This document shows positions 15,072-24,562 of a DNA stretch of 46,609 nt, piece after piece. A model generated the notes under the pieces. It worked only from the letters and a program-made list of their open reading frames with translations, was not told where the DNA came from and ran no database searches. This DNA is from a virus. Both the position numbers and the translations under genes were made by a program. Each line of letters begins with the position of its first letter. Position 1 is the stretch's first letter. Location of the stretch: positions 1-46,609 of IMG/VR virus record IMGVR_UViG_3300045988_056617; one strand, given 5' to 3'.

Positions 15072-15362
15072 TTAATTTATAGAACTTATCTTTTCACGCA
15101 ATAATGCGTTATATCCGGAAGCGAGAATTAAACACCCCTTCTTTGTGATATTATAACAAGGGTCTTTTCTTTGAGCATTATTAGGTAAAGTTCTGATAAT
15201 GAACGTCAGACCAAAATTGGACTCATGCACACCCTGCTCTAATAGAACTCTAATATCACGCATAACATGTTTATGTTCCTTTCCTGTAATTTCTGCAACC
15301 TCCATTGAAGTCATATACTCACTTGCGTTTATAGTTTCGCCAACTTTAATAATGTTATTCAT
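15072..15362 (-). CDS. Rha-family N-terminal domain only (truncated antirepressor paralogue)
   Basis: MNNIIKVGETINASEYMTSMEVAEITGKEHKHVMRDIRVLLEQG...KKGCLILASGYNALLREKISSIN*. The sequence 15088-15161 matches 46408-46481 at 67 of 74 nt. The ORF stops exactly where its paralogue continues into the KilAC domain. Confidence 0.75.
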   Translation of the reverse strand: MNNIIKVGETINASEYMTSMEVAEITGKEHKHVMRDIRVLLEQGVHESNFGLTFIIRTLPNNAQRKDPCYNITKKGCLILASGYNALLREKISSIN

Positions 15363-15379
15363 AACTTTAAAATTGCTGT

Positions 15380-15658
15380 TTATAATATATTTACTGTTAA
15401 AACCTTTTCTACTATATCGAAGGAATGTTTATACCCGTCATTCTCTAACACTTGATAGATGGTATTTAAAATATCCTTATCATCTGTCCCAATCGGTATT
15501 CGGGCTACATGATTGCCGTAGTACGCTTGCTGTATAATCTCCATTCCGATCTCGTGAATAAGCCTACTTATAACCGGGTGTCTACGTACATATATCTCAA
15601 ACGCTTCGTCCCTTGTGGTTATCAGTATCTTATCGCTTTGCTTCTTAATAAATTTCAT
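15380..15658 (-). CDS. Hypothetical protein
   Basis: ORF track, 92 aa. Confidence 0.55.
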   Translation of the reverse strand: MKFIKKQSDKILITTRDEAFEIYVRRHPVISRLIHEIGMEIIQQAYYGNHVARIPIGTDDKDILNTIYQVLENDGYKHSFDIVEKVLTVNIL

Positions 15659-15906
15659 AATTCTTCAAGTTCTTTAGTTAACAACTCTATTTGTTTTTCA
15701 CACAATTCACCGTATTTCAATTCAACTTCATGGAAGAATCGAATAGATAAATCGTCTTCCTTTCCATTAAAACGAACATCAACGCAATTGTTTCTTTCAA
15801 TAGTAATGCATGAAAGGCTACTATTTTTCCATTGTTTGAGACGTGCTTTCCAAACGTTAAGTTCGTCTAATAATTCTCTTCCTTTTTCAACTTGTTCAAT
15901 TGTCAT
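15655..15906 (-). CDS. Hypothetical protein (83 aa; start trimmed to 15906)
   Basis: The track ORF start at 15954 lies inside the -7 box of module C. MTIEQVEKGRE starts at 15906. Confidence 0.55.
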   Translation of the reverse strand: MTIEQVEKGRELLDELNVWKARLKQWKNSSLSCITIERNNCVDVRFNGKEDDLSIRFFHEVELKYGELCEKQIELLTKELEEL

Positions 15907-15919
15907 AGCTCTAATTTTT

Positions 15920-16012
15920 TTAATGTTACTACTTTGTTTCTTTCGACACTGCAAATATAAAGCAAAACTTTAAATTACAAAGCAAAACTTTAATGTTTAA
16001 CACTAATTTAAC
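15920..16012 (-). promoter_or_regulatory. Promoter-leader module C
   Basis: caaatata at 15952-15959 (-7). caaa at 15978-15981 (-33, 18-nt spacer). Leader aatgttactactttgt at 15922-15937. Confidence 0.7.
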
Positions 16013-16035
16013 GTTTGCACATCTGAGATAAGACA

Positions 16036-16068
16036 ATAAAAACCCCGCTACTTTCACAAGCAACGGGG
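16036..16068 (-). terminator. Terminator (first of a related pair)
   Basis: ccccg (16043-16047) pairs with cgggg (16064-16068), extendable by G-U and A-U pairs. The minus-strand tail is UUUUUAUUGUC. Confidence 0.6.
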
Positions 16069-16157
16069 AAAAATGAAAAATGACAAAAAATCAAATAAAC
16101 AACAATTACCTAACTAATTAACCTATATTATATATCAATGAATAGAAATTTTCTTTT

Positions 16158-16189
16158 TAAAAACCTACCTATTTTCACAAACCAGTAGG
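16158..16189 (-). terminator. Terminator (second of a related pair)
   Basis: cctac (16164-16168) pairs with gtagg (16185-16189). Its loop shares ttcacaa with the 16043-16068 hairpin. The minus-strand tail is UUUUUAAAAAG. Confidence 0.5.
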
Positions 16190-16207
16190 GAATAATCGCT
16201 TAATATT

Positions 16208-16293
16208 AAAAAACCATGATTGCAATGTCGAAACGGTACGTTTGTTAATGACTCGCAAACCTCTGTTATTAAGTATTCATTAATCCGTTTCGA
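16208..16293 (-). ncRNA. Candidate ~85-nt minus-strand RNA from an orphan promoter (hypothetical)
   Basis: The -7 box at 16299-16306 is followed by the 8-bp inverted repeat ccgtttcg (16285-16292) / cgaaacgg (16229-16236). This encloses 48 nt and is followed by a U6 run (plus-strand aaaaaa at 16208-16213). No ORF is present. Confidence 0.25.
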
Positions 16294-16298
16294 CTCTG

Positions 16299-16306
16299 CA
16301 AATGTA
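16299..16306 (-). promoter_or_regulatory. Orphan -7 box (TACATTTG) with module-like core
   Basis: tttcgactctgcaaatgtagg at 16288-16308 resembles the module core tttcgacactgcaaatata. No gene lies downstream before the terminators. Confidence 0.4.
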
Positions 16307-16347
16307 GGCATTATTTTTATACCTGCAATAGCTTTAACCAACGTTAA

Positions 16348-16953
16348 CTATTTAATTATTGTAGTCACCTTTAAATCAAGTATTTGCGTATCTGGATTTT
16401 TACTGGTTATGATAAACTCCCGGTACTTCACTTTCTTTAATCTCCACCATAAGAAACGTTTCCGGTGCTCTATGTTAAGCAACTCCAAGCTGTCCCGGAC
16501 GGTTACTTTGCCCGCAAATGTATCGGTCGGCTCTATGCATCCTATAACATCTACCCATTTAGAGGCGAAATTTAAGCATTTCAATGTGTCAGTAGCCAAG
16601 CTATCACGAATTATAATACTATCACGTAGCGAGCCGGAAAATGTGCTCTCCGTTGACGTTTGAATGCTTGTATGACTCTTTAAGTCTTTGATACTTTGTT
16701 TCAAGTCCTTTATAGTGCTGTCTTTCCCCTGCAATGTATTCCGATACTGGCGCAATGTGAGGTTTAGCTCCTCCGTTTTCATTGCTGATTTGCCGGACTC
16801 CGTTCGGTATGCTACATTCTGAGTAGTAAGTATACTTACATTCCTGTTCAGAACACCGTTTTCTTCCCTCAGTTTCGCGTTATACCTAAGAAGGCATACA
16901 ATTAGTAGGCAAAGGATAGAAAACGCTGCTATGGCTGTTATTTTAGCTTTCAT
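16348..16953 (-). CDS. Spanin-like / Rz-like lysis accessory protein (N-terminal TM anchor plus coiled coil)
   Basis: MKAKITAIAAFSILCLLIVCLLRYNAKLREENG... ATGA overlap with the endolysin gene. Last gene of the late block. Confidence 0.5.
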   Translation of the reverse strand: MKAKITAIAAFSILCLLIVCLLRYNAKLREENGVLNRNVSILTTQNVAYRTESGKSAMKTEELNLTLRQYRNTLQGKDSTIKDLKQSIKDLKSHTSIQTSTESTFSGSLRDSIIIRDSLATDTLKCLNFASKWVDVIGCIEPTDTFAGKVTVRDSLELLNIEHRKRFLWWRLKKVKYREFIITSKNPDTQILDLKVTTIIK

Positions 16954-17345
16954 AGTTTCAATGTTTGGTTTTTTAAGTTATTGGGATTGTAAGATACATG
17001 CACCCAACTGAAATTCTTCTCGTTTATTAACTGGGAGAAATGAAAGTTGTGCTTAATGATGTTGAACAACCGTTCGTTTTCCTCCTTACTGCCTCCGGTA
17101 ATATCAGCCGAAAAACCTTTTACGTGATCGGACGTTGCAGAACCTCCGACTGCCTTGTTTAGCTCCGGACACCGATATCCCGAATTGACAGTTATAGGTT
17201 TACCGTAAATCGATCTAACACCGTCTAATACGTTTTCAACCAAAGCCGTTAAATTACGCTCCACCTCAGGTGTTGGGGTGTTATCTATCCCCTTAGCCTC
17301 AGCCGTAGAGGACTTTGTTAGTTCTTTAATCGTAAAATACTTCAT
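16950..17345 (-). CDS. Endolysin, peptidase M15 (D-Ala-D-Ala carboxypeptidase-like) family
   Basis: ...PITVNSGYRCPELNKAVGGSATSDHVKGFSADI...WVHVSY carries the SxHxxGxAxD and C-terminal His zinc-ligand pattern of the M15 family. Confidence 0.85.
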   Translation of the reverse strand: MKYFTIKELTKSSTAEAKGIDNTPTPEVERNLTALVENVLDGVRSIYGKPITVNSGYRCPELNKAVGGSATSDHVKGFSADITGGSKEENERLFNIIKHNFHFSQLINEKNFSWVHVSYNPNNLKNQTLKL

Positions 17346-17368
17346 AATCTAAATGTTTAAAGGGGGAA

Positions 17369-17863
17369 TTATACCCCCTTGTGAATTACTTGTTTTTCTT
17401 TCTCCTCCTGCTCTTCGATTATCTTTGACGCATGTTCACCCATCAGCCTCTTAAACTCAAACCTAATGATGTGATAAATCAGTTTGAAACCTTTGTTGTT
17501 CGGGTATGTCATGCACAAGTTACGGAAACCGTTGCATAAGTAAACGTACATGAACACATACGTTATTGTCTTTGCGCACATGATAGCAGCGTCTTTATCT
17601 CCCATCTTAGTTACCGCTGAGAATATCACTACTACAATCATCATATAAAGCAAAAACTCCTGTAAAGCCGATACGAATTTAAAGATAGTGAATCTCTGAG
17701 CACCTTTGATTGACACGCTTACACCGTCCGCACGCATACCGCAAATTATGTTAAAGACAAACATAAACACAAGTGCCGTTAAAAAGCCGGACGTAGGTGT
17801 TAAAAATGCAAGAATAGGGCTGCATGTGGATACCATCAGCAGCCTAATTTGTTCCTGTGACAT
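17369..17863 (-). CDS. Holin-like multi-pass membrane protein
   Basis: 164 aa with at least three hydrophobic segments and a charged C-terminal tail (EEQEEKEKQ). It lies immediately upstream of the endolysin. Confidence 0.5.
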   Translation of the reverse strand: MSQEQIRLLMVSTCSPILAFLTPTSGFLTALVFMFVFNIICGMRADGVSVSIKGAQRFTIFKFVSALQEFLLYMMIVVVIFSAVTKMGDKDAAIMCAKTITYVFMYVYLCNGFRNLCMTYPNNKGFKLIYHIIRFEFKRLMGEHASKIIEEQEEKEKQVIHKGV

Positions 17864-18225
17864 TATTCTGATTGTTTAGTTAATGCAAAAATGTAGTTCT
17901 GAAAATCTCCAAGCAAAGCGGGCGTTTTTTCATGCATTGGGAACTGGTTTAGCTCAAAACGAGCCTGCGACATCGACAAAGTGCCCAACTTAACATATTG
18001 TTCCTGCATGGTAGGCGTGTTATCCGTTCCAGGAACTTGCACCATCTCCTTAACAGACACCTCAGCCGTACAGTGAGTAATCTGCTTAGCCTGCTCCGGT
18101 TGCTGTACGATTGTAATCTGACCATCAAACAGCCCGTTTGCCGTTTCAAAACTATAATTCAAAATCTGTGTTTCTTTCGAGTACTTAACACTCGCCAAAT
18201 CAAAAATAGCTTCTTTTGTTGCCAT
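17863..18225 (-). CDS. Hypothetical protein
   Basis: ORF track, 120 aa, with a TAATG overlap to the holin-like gene. Confidence 0.55.
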   Translation of the reverse strand: MATKEAIFDLASVKYSKETQILNYSFETANGLFDGQITIVQQPEQAKQITHCTAEVSVKEMVQVPGTDNTPTMQEQYVKLGTLSMSQARFELNQFPMHEKTPALLGDFQNYIFALTKQSE

Positions 18226-18266
18226 AAAAAATGATATTTAATTGTGAATGAATAAATTATTTGCTA

Positions 18267-18274
18267 CAAAGGTA
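18267..18274 (-). promoter_or_regulatory. -7 box (TACCTTTG)
   Basis: caaaggta at 18267-18274, 42 nt upstream of the ATG at 18225. Confidence 0.45.
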
Positions 18275-18306
18275 AACGGTAAGAAGGATAAAACCAACTT
18301 ACCGTT
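18275..18306 (-). terminator. Hairpin after the tail fibre gene
   Basis: aacggtaag (18275-18283) pairs with cttaccgtt (18298-18306), a 9-bp stem. The tail UUUACCUUUGU is weak and doubles as the -7 box. Confidence 0.45.
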
Positions 18307-18316
18307 AAAATTAATG

Positions 18317-21300
18317 TTATACCATACCGCAAAAATGGATACAAACTCCGCAATTAACAAGTTGTCGAGAAACATCTACCATTTTATATGATATACTATT
18401 TTCACTTAATAAGGAAATAACCGGATAAGCCCATTTAGTCAGATCATAACAAGTAAGTGTAGGAAATACGGCCCCAACATTTCCAGACATATGAATCGTA
18501 TATGTTCCAGTTGCCGTATGATCTACCCTTGTTATATGAAAGTCGGGATTCCCCCACGTTCGACCGATATTGCCATTACTTAAAATAGTTGCAGCATAAA
18601 ATACTCCCGGTGCTTTCCAACTTGTAGCGCCTATAAATTCATAATCTTGACACTCAGCCCAAAATGAAGACCCCTTCAAATACACCCTTCCGTTTCCGCT
18701 CGTAGTTAAGGCATAACCACCGGAATTGTGGTCTATCTTAACTCCGCTACTGTCGAAAGTTGAAAGGTTGCTACCCAGTGACATTTGCATACCTGCCGGA
18801 ACTCCTTGTGCCGAAAATATACCGTTCGATATTATAAAACTACCTATCTTCGCTCCGTTAGTGAGTTCCACATTACTACCTCGCAACACACCGTCCGAAA
18901 TCGTCATTCCCGCAATCACCGCACCATTCGTCACCGTCAAGTTCCCCGTTGTGATTCGCTGCGCTGCAAAACCGCTCGCAACAACCTCACCAGCCTCAAT
19001 CGCGTTGGCAGTCAAGCGACCGTTTGCATTGATGGCGGCTGTTTGCTGTCCTGCGTTGTTCTGAAATACTACATTGTCAGAGGCAAGAATTATCTTTTTC
19101 TGAGCTATGTATATACCTGTGAATGTAAGACCGTTTGCTGTTGCGTCTGCGGTTTTTTTTGCATAGTCAGCCGTACTGTTAGCTGTATTAGCGGTCTTTT
19201 GTGCATTGCCTGCGGCAGTATTTGCACTGCTTGCAGTTGATTGCGCATCGTCTGCTTTACCCTCAACAACGCCAAGTTTAATGCTTGTGGAATCAAGTTT
19301 AATCTCAGCCAGTCTCACTCTTTCGGTTGTGGCGGTTAGATCGGTTTGTGACGCTTTTAGTGATATTGATTGGTCCAACTGAGTTATCTTGGTTTGATAA
19401 TCCGTCTTAGTAATTTGAGAATTATCTCCATAAATATCATAACACGTAGCATAAGCTAAATACCATTCAAATGTCCCTGGTTCTATTATATGGAAATAAC
19501 CTGTTCTTTCAAAAGCACCTTTATCACCGCACTTTACCAAACAGTAGTATTCTTCCCATTTACCGGTGCCTTTTTGGCTTGTTAACCATTCATTTACTGA
19601 TCCATCCCCAATTGGATTTGTAGCAAATTCAATCGTTTTGCCACCCGGTATCATTGCTACTATCTTGTATAAAAATACAGCATTAGCCCTTGATATATTT
19701 CCAAAATAAAAGCCACCAGCACCGGGTAAAGTACCTAAACTCTCTCTACATGTAATAACAGCCATGTATCCGGAACCATTTGGTATAGTTGAGCCTGAAG
19801 TTCTATGAAGTTTTACACCTTCTGATGGATAGTTATTATAGGATTTCAATCCATTTAATCCTGTTTTAAATGTAACATCAGAATGTTCAGGTAGCATTCT
19901 ACCAGTAGACACATAACGAGCTATTGCTTCAGCTCGTGATAAGCCAGATTGATATACAGTCTTTTCAACCTTAGATTCTATCTTACCCTCTACAATATCA
20001 ATCTGAGAAACGGTGTACTCAACACTCTTGTTGTAGGTATCATTGGCAGATGGACTCCACGAAGTGCCGATTCCACCTTCAGTTAGATTTATATTTCTAT
20101 AATAATAACTTACACCTGGATTATCCGTTTTGTTTTCACCGGAAAATCCACAAAGGAAAAGCAAATCGTTAATATTACCACTATCGGGAGTTTTAAAAGT
20201 GACGTAATACCTTACCCAATTGGGCTTGTTTTCTATATAAACATATTCATTTGCCAATATTATTACATTAGAACCTTCATATCTTCTTATATTTACCCAA
20301 AAGCTACCGTTATGATAATAGTTACCTTGTACGTTTATATCTATACCTAAGGTATATTCCACACCATTACGTATCTCGGATTTATTAACTGGCATCCACT
20401 TTTTATATGAATTAAATAATCCCTTTCCCTTAACGAGTGTTGCACCTGCGTCACCATCACGAAGTAAAGTAACATTTGAGCCATAATCTGATTCATTAAA
20501 CCAATAATTTTTAGAACCGTCTAATAAGTTTTCACCTCCGATAGTAGATTTCTCTAATTGCGTTTTAACAGATAACTCGATCTTACCTTCGACTACACTA
20601 ATTTGACTATTGGTATATTCCTTAGATTCTATTACACCATCTTCTGGAGCAGGCTTCCACCCTGTTGCAGTATCTCCGATTTCAATCTGAGGATTGCAAA
20701 CTTTCATGTTTGTACTATTCCCTACTTGAATAATTAAATTTATTCCTTTATTCTGAGAGTTTACAATATCTTCGGGTATTGTAATAGTATTAACAAATCG
20801 TCCTTTTTCAGCTTTAGGTGACAAAGAGTTGAAGTACTTAAAAGCTCCCACATAATAATATTCGGAAGTTCCGTCTTTCGATATTTGCTCTTCAAGCCCT
20901 ATTCGATTATTGCCACCTAATTCCAAATTACTATATTCATAATCGAAGGAAATAGTAACTTTCTTCCCTCTCAAATCTCTAAAATATTGGGACATATCAA
21001 AATATGCACTCCTGTTAACACCAGTAACACATGTACCCGATTTTAATATCAAATTAGCTCCACCAATAACACGCTTGTTTAATTCCGTTGCTACAGACAG
21101 CGATATTTTACCGTCTACTGCCAAAATTTGAGTATCAGTGTACTTCACAGACTGGTATAATTGATCTTCGGGTGCGGGACTCCAAGAAACAGGAATGTCT
21201 GTTTCAAATACACCAATACGCAAGTAAGTCGGGATAGAAGTGTCATAAGAACCCAATATGTATCTAATAGCCTTTGATGTAAGGATGAAATTGTTTTCTA

Positions 21301-24300
21301 TGCTGTCATTAAATACCGACATGGCCTCGCTTGTGCCATCAGTGTACACGATCCGCAAAGAGATACTTCTTGTGCCATTAGGAATTGTAGCCGATGGAAC
21401 AAAATGATCTATAAATACATAATACCTTTTTTGAGAGTCATAGGTTAAACCGAACATATCCTTATTAGCTACAAATGACTCCTTGTGCAATACCGATGGC
21501 AACATAAGAATTGTACCGTCATCATCATATCGTGAAGCATAGGTGAATCCCGCATCAACAATACGTTTAAAAGAGCATAAGTTCTTAATACCTGCAACTC
21601 GCTCGCTTGCAGCAGGAATCCAACTGGTTACACCTAAATTGCCATCAGTCAAAACAGCCCAATGTACTTTTGAGCCGTAAGTACCATTAGGAAACTGGAA
21701 AAACCAAAGTCCTTCGCCAGGTTTGTAACCTACCATAGTAACCTTTTTGCTTTCAACAACCTTGTCACCTTTAGTGTCAAAATTTGCAATAAAATTAGAA
21801 CCTCCATTTGCGTAGGCTTCGATATATGTGTTATTTGCCGATAAGGTATAACATACTGTTAACATGTATTCTTTACCATTTACAAATGGTACATCGTATG
21901 AATAAGCACCGAAACCATAGTCAGCGTTTTTCAACTCCTTATATGCACCTTTCAATAAGTTAACATCAGCCACTTTCAGACTACGTACAGCGAGTTCAAT
22001 CTTACCCGGAACAGCTGTTATTTCAGTATCCAAGTATTCTTTCAGTTGCTTATCCGCGTTATCTACATACGATTTAGCAGCGTCCGCAATGGCATTCAAC
22101 GCTCCGTTACGTTTGTCGTAGTAGATTGTTTGTGTCTGTGCCAGTTCCGGACGAACGGCAATATCCTCCGGTGTGGCTGCTGAGTGATAACGTAGTTCAT
22201 TCAGATAGTTGTTATACGCCTCTGTGTATTCAGTTACAAGAACACCGTATTTGTCCGCATTCGCTTTAATTTGCAGGTATTCGGCTTTAATGCGCTTCCC
22301 TTCGTCAATCAATGCAGGTTTCTCAGTCGGTGAGATAAAGCCATCATCAGCCCATTTATTAAGCCTGTTTTTGGCTTCCTGTGCCGACTGTGCTGCATTC
22401 GCTGCATCCTGTGCCGCTTGGTCTGCTGCGTCCTTTGCAATCTTGATTTCGTCCTCTACACGCTTTCCGTTGCGCAACACAAAGATACCCTTTAAGAAGG
22501 CGTTAGTAGAGTAGAATCCAGTTCCTTTAACAGCCGCCTCACCTGTGAAATCGGGGTCTACAATGTTAGACAAATCGCCAAGACGGGTGCGGTCAGTTCC
22601 GGTTAGACTCTTTGTTTTGACACCGTTCAGAATCTCAATGTACGGTTTGCCGCTTTCCTGGGCTGTGATATAAATCAACGCTTGCCGTTCCGCGTTCTTC
22701 GTGTTACCCATCTGCACAACTTCATCACCAACAGCCGGGACAACGTTGTTAAACTCGGACTTATCGCAAAGAACATAACCGTCTGCTGCTGTCTTTACCT
22801 CTACCCAGTAGAATTTAAGATTGTTCTTACTCCACGACTGGCAGCGTATCAAGTCACCTTCTTGGAAGGTAGGAAATTCCTCTCCGAAAGTGATTTTGTA
22901 CTGAGTCCCTGTGTCCTCAACGGATGTAACCTTGCCGTTTGACTGGGACACGACAATAGCGCCATTGACGCTACGTATCTTTTGGATAAGCAACTCAAAG
23001 ATGTTCATAGTTTGGCGGACGGTTAGGTTATCGCATTCGATATTCCAGTTACCGTTTTCCAACCATATTTTAAAGCCCTCACCTAAGAAGCCTGGAACGA
23101 ACGTTTCGGACGAAAGGAACTCGTAGATGATAGCTGAAAGGTACTGCAACTGTCCTTCTTCCGTTATCTTTCCGGTATGACTGCCATTTTTCGACCCTGT
23201 ATATACGTCACTGCGCAACATAGAGTCACCTCTTGCTGTTAAATCGTTTACATTGGCATTACCCATTCCGTCAATTGTTGCGGAAGTCTTGTTAACAGTT
23301 AAGAAGCCAGTTTCCGCAGTTTTAAACGTAGCGTCTTTTCCTGTGACTTTGTTCAACGTTGCATCATTACCATGTATATCCTTTACATTGGCATTACCGT
23401 ACCGGTCTACACTTGCAGGATACTCACCGCTTGTATTCTGTGTACCGATATTAACACCTCCACGTAGGGACAAAAGGAACTCCGTTACATCTTCGTGATT
23501 CTTCGAGATGTAGCCCTCTAACATGCGGTAAAGGTTGAATTTGCGTGCCTCACCCGCACCCATATCCACGGCAATAGTAGTGTTTTCATCTATCAGATCA
23601 ATTGGCGACAGTTCCCGAATCAATTTGCCCTTAATAGTAGGTTCTCCCTGTTTATATTCACGGTAATACAGCCCTACTACGTCCGGACTAAACAGAATAG
23701 GAGTGTCTATGTCAGCGAGTAGGGCATTATAAAAAGACTCTCTATCTCTCCGATTAAAAGAAGGGAGTTTCTGAATGATCGTATCTGTCTCAAACTGGCA
23801 TTCGATTGCGGCCAAATAGCCGTTATCCTGCCAGTCTGGGTTGTACTCGAAGTTTAGAGCGTTGTAATACTCACCATCATGTGTGAAACGGATATAGTCA
23901 GATAGACGCACTAAACGAAGCGCATCGCAAATATACTCCGGTGCGAGGAAGTTGAAGCCGAACACCTTGTTGCAAGTCTGCAATTCGAGAAACTTATAGC
24001 CTGCTCTCTTTGTTATCTCTTCTTCGAACTCGTATTTCGGTTTAAAGAAGGTAGTCGGAATATACATCTGAAACTTGAAATCATTATCCGTACCCGTCGT
24101 AACGAATCCATTAGGATAAGCTAACTTTTCGTCATTCCAATATTCCAATTTCACGAAGTTGGTATTAGTTTCAATACCATCAGTCACGCAAATGGGTGTA
24201 GATACGTATGTTTCGCCTTCGGGTATAGCGAACTCAGCACGATATACACCTGGCTCTATTGATTTAGCATACACATTGCTCCCGGGTGATACGTATAAAA

Positions 24301-24562
24301 CTGAGTTATGTTCGTCCATCGTATCAACTTTTATTTTGATACCAGTTGCAACTCTCGTTCCGGTTGCTTCATCCACGAGGAACACCTCTACCGTAGTAGG
24401 GTCAAATGTTGGCAGACTGGCAACTGTAAACTGAAACGGTGGTAATTCGGTTGTACTAAACGGCAAAGCAAACTCTTTACCATAAGCGTACCATTTTTTA
24501 TACGTAGCCTTCATGCTTTTCTCTCTGAAAGCTAATGGACTAAAGTTGTTGAATGTATTCAT
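18317..24562 (-). CDS. Giant modular tail fibre / receptor-binding protein (2081 aa; start trimmed to 24562)
   Basis: It follows the tape measure and tail genes. It has a coiled-coil segment (AKDAADQAAQDAANAAQSAQEAKNRLNKWADDGFISPTEK) and tandem modules ending in W-x-P-[AS]. These are joined by Y-T-x-x-Q-I-x-x-V-x-G-K-I-x-L-S-V linkers. The track start at 24589 lies inside the -7 box. Confidence 0.8.
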   Translation of the reverse strand: MNTFNNFSPLAFREKSMKATYKKWYAYGKEFALPFSTTELPPFQFTVASLPTFDPTTVEVFLVDEATGTRVATGIKIKVDTMDEHNSVLYVSPGSNVYAKSIEPGVYRAEFAIPEGETYVSTPICVTDGIETNTNFVKLEYWNDEKLAYPNGFVTTGTDNDFKFQMYIPTTFFKPKYEFEEEITKRAGYKFLELQTCNKVFGFNFLAPEYICDALRLVRLSDYIRFTHDGEYYNALNFEYNPDWQDNGYLAAIECQFETDTIIQKLPSFNRRDRESFYNALLADIDTPILFSPDVVGLYYREYKQGEPTIKGKLIRELSPIDLIDENTTIAVDMGAGEARKFNLYRMLEGYISKNHEDVTEFLLSLRGGVNIGTQNTSGEYPASVDRYGNANVKDIHGNDATLNKVTGKDATFKTAETGFLTVNKTSATIDGMGNANVNDLTARGDSMLRSDVYTGSKNGSHTGKITEEGQLQYLSAIIYEFLSSETFVPGFLGEGFKIWLENGNWNIECDNLTVRQTMNIFELLIQKIRSVNGAIVVSQSNGKVTSVEDTGTQYKITFGEEFPTFQEGDLIRCQSWSKNNLKFYWVEVKTAADGYVLCDKSEFNNVVPAVGDEVVQMGNTKNAERQALIYITAQESGKPYIEILNGVKTKSLTGTDRTRLGDLSNIVDPDFTGEAAVKGTGFYSTNAFLKGIFVLRNGKRVEDEIKIAKDAADQAAQDAANAAQSAQEAKNRLNKWADDGFISPTEKPALIDEGKRIKAEYLQIKANADKYGVLVTEYTEAYNNYLNELRYHSAATPEDIAVRPELAQTQTIYYDKRNGALNAIADAAKSYVDNADKQLKEYLDTEITAVPGKIELAVRSLKVADVNLLKGAYKELKNADYGFGAYSYDVPFVNGKEYMLTVCYTLSANNTYIEAYANGGSNFIANFDTKGDKVVESKKVTMVGYKPGEGLWFFQFPNGTYGSKVHWAVLTDGNLGVTSWIPAASERVAGIKNLCSFKRIVDAGFTYASRYDDDGTILMLPSVLHKESFVANKDMFGLTYDSQKRYYVFIDHFVPSATIPNGTRSISLRIVYTDGTSEAMSVFNDSIENNFILTSKAIRYILGSYDTSIPTYLRIGVFETDIPVSWSPAPEDQLYQSVKYTDTQILAVDGKISLSVATELNKRVIGGANLILKSGTCVTGVNRSAYFDMSQYFRDLRGKKVTISFDYEYSNLELGGNNRIGLEEQISKDGTSEYYYVGAFKYFNSLSPKAEKGRFVNTITIPEDIVNSQNKGINLIIQVGNSTNMKVCNPQIEIGDTATGWKPAPEDGVIESKEYTNSQISVVEGKIELSVKTQLEKSTIGGENLLDGSKNYWFNESDYGSNVTLLRDGDAGATLVKGKGLFNSYKKWMPVNKSEIRNGVEYTLGIDINVQGNYYHNGSFWVNIRRYEGSNVIILANEYVYIENKPNWVRYYVTFKTPDSGNINDLLFLCGFSGENKTDNPGVSYYYRNINLTEGGIGTSWSPSANDTYNKSVEYTVSQIDIVEGKIESKVEKTVYQSGLSRAEAIARYVSTGRMLPEHSDVTFKTGLNGLKSYNNYPSEGVKLHRTSGSTIPNGSGYMAVITCRESLGTLPGAGGFYFGNISRANAVFLYKIVAMIPGGKTIEFATNPIGDGSVNEWLTSQKGTGKWEEYYCLVKCGDKGAFERTGYFHIIEPGTFEWYLAYATCYDIYGDNSQITKTDYQTKITQLDQSISLKASQTDLTATTERVRLAEIKLDSTSIKLGVVEGKADDAQSTASSANTAAGNAQKTANTANSTADYAKKTADATANGLTFTGIYIAQKKIILASDNVVFQNNAGQQTAAINANGRLTANAIEAGEVVASGFAAQRITTGNLTVTNGAVIAGMTISDGVLRGSNVELTNGAKIGSFIISNGIFSAQGVPAGMQMSLGSNLSTFDSSGVKIDHNSGGYALTTSGNGRVYLKGSSFWAECQDYEFIGATSWKAPGVFYAATILSNGNIGRTWGNPDFHITRVDHTATGTYTIHMSGNVGAVFPTLTCYDLTKWAYPVISLLSENSISYKMVDVSRQLVNCGVCIHFCGMV

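Noticed and set aside
18317-24562. Diversity-generating retroelement targeting the tail fibre.
   Set aside because: No reverse transcriptase ORF occurs anywhere in the genome. No DNA-level template/variable repeat pair was seen, and the internal repeats are similar only at protein level.
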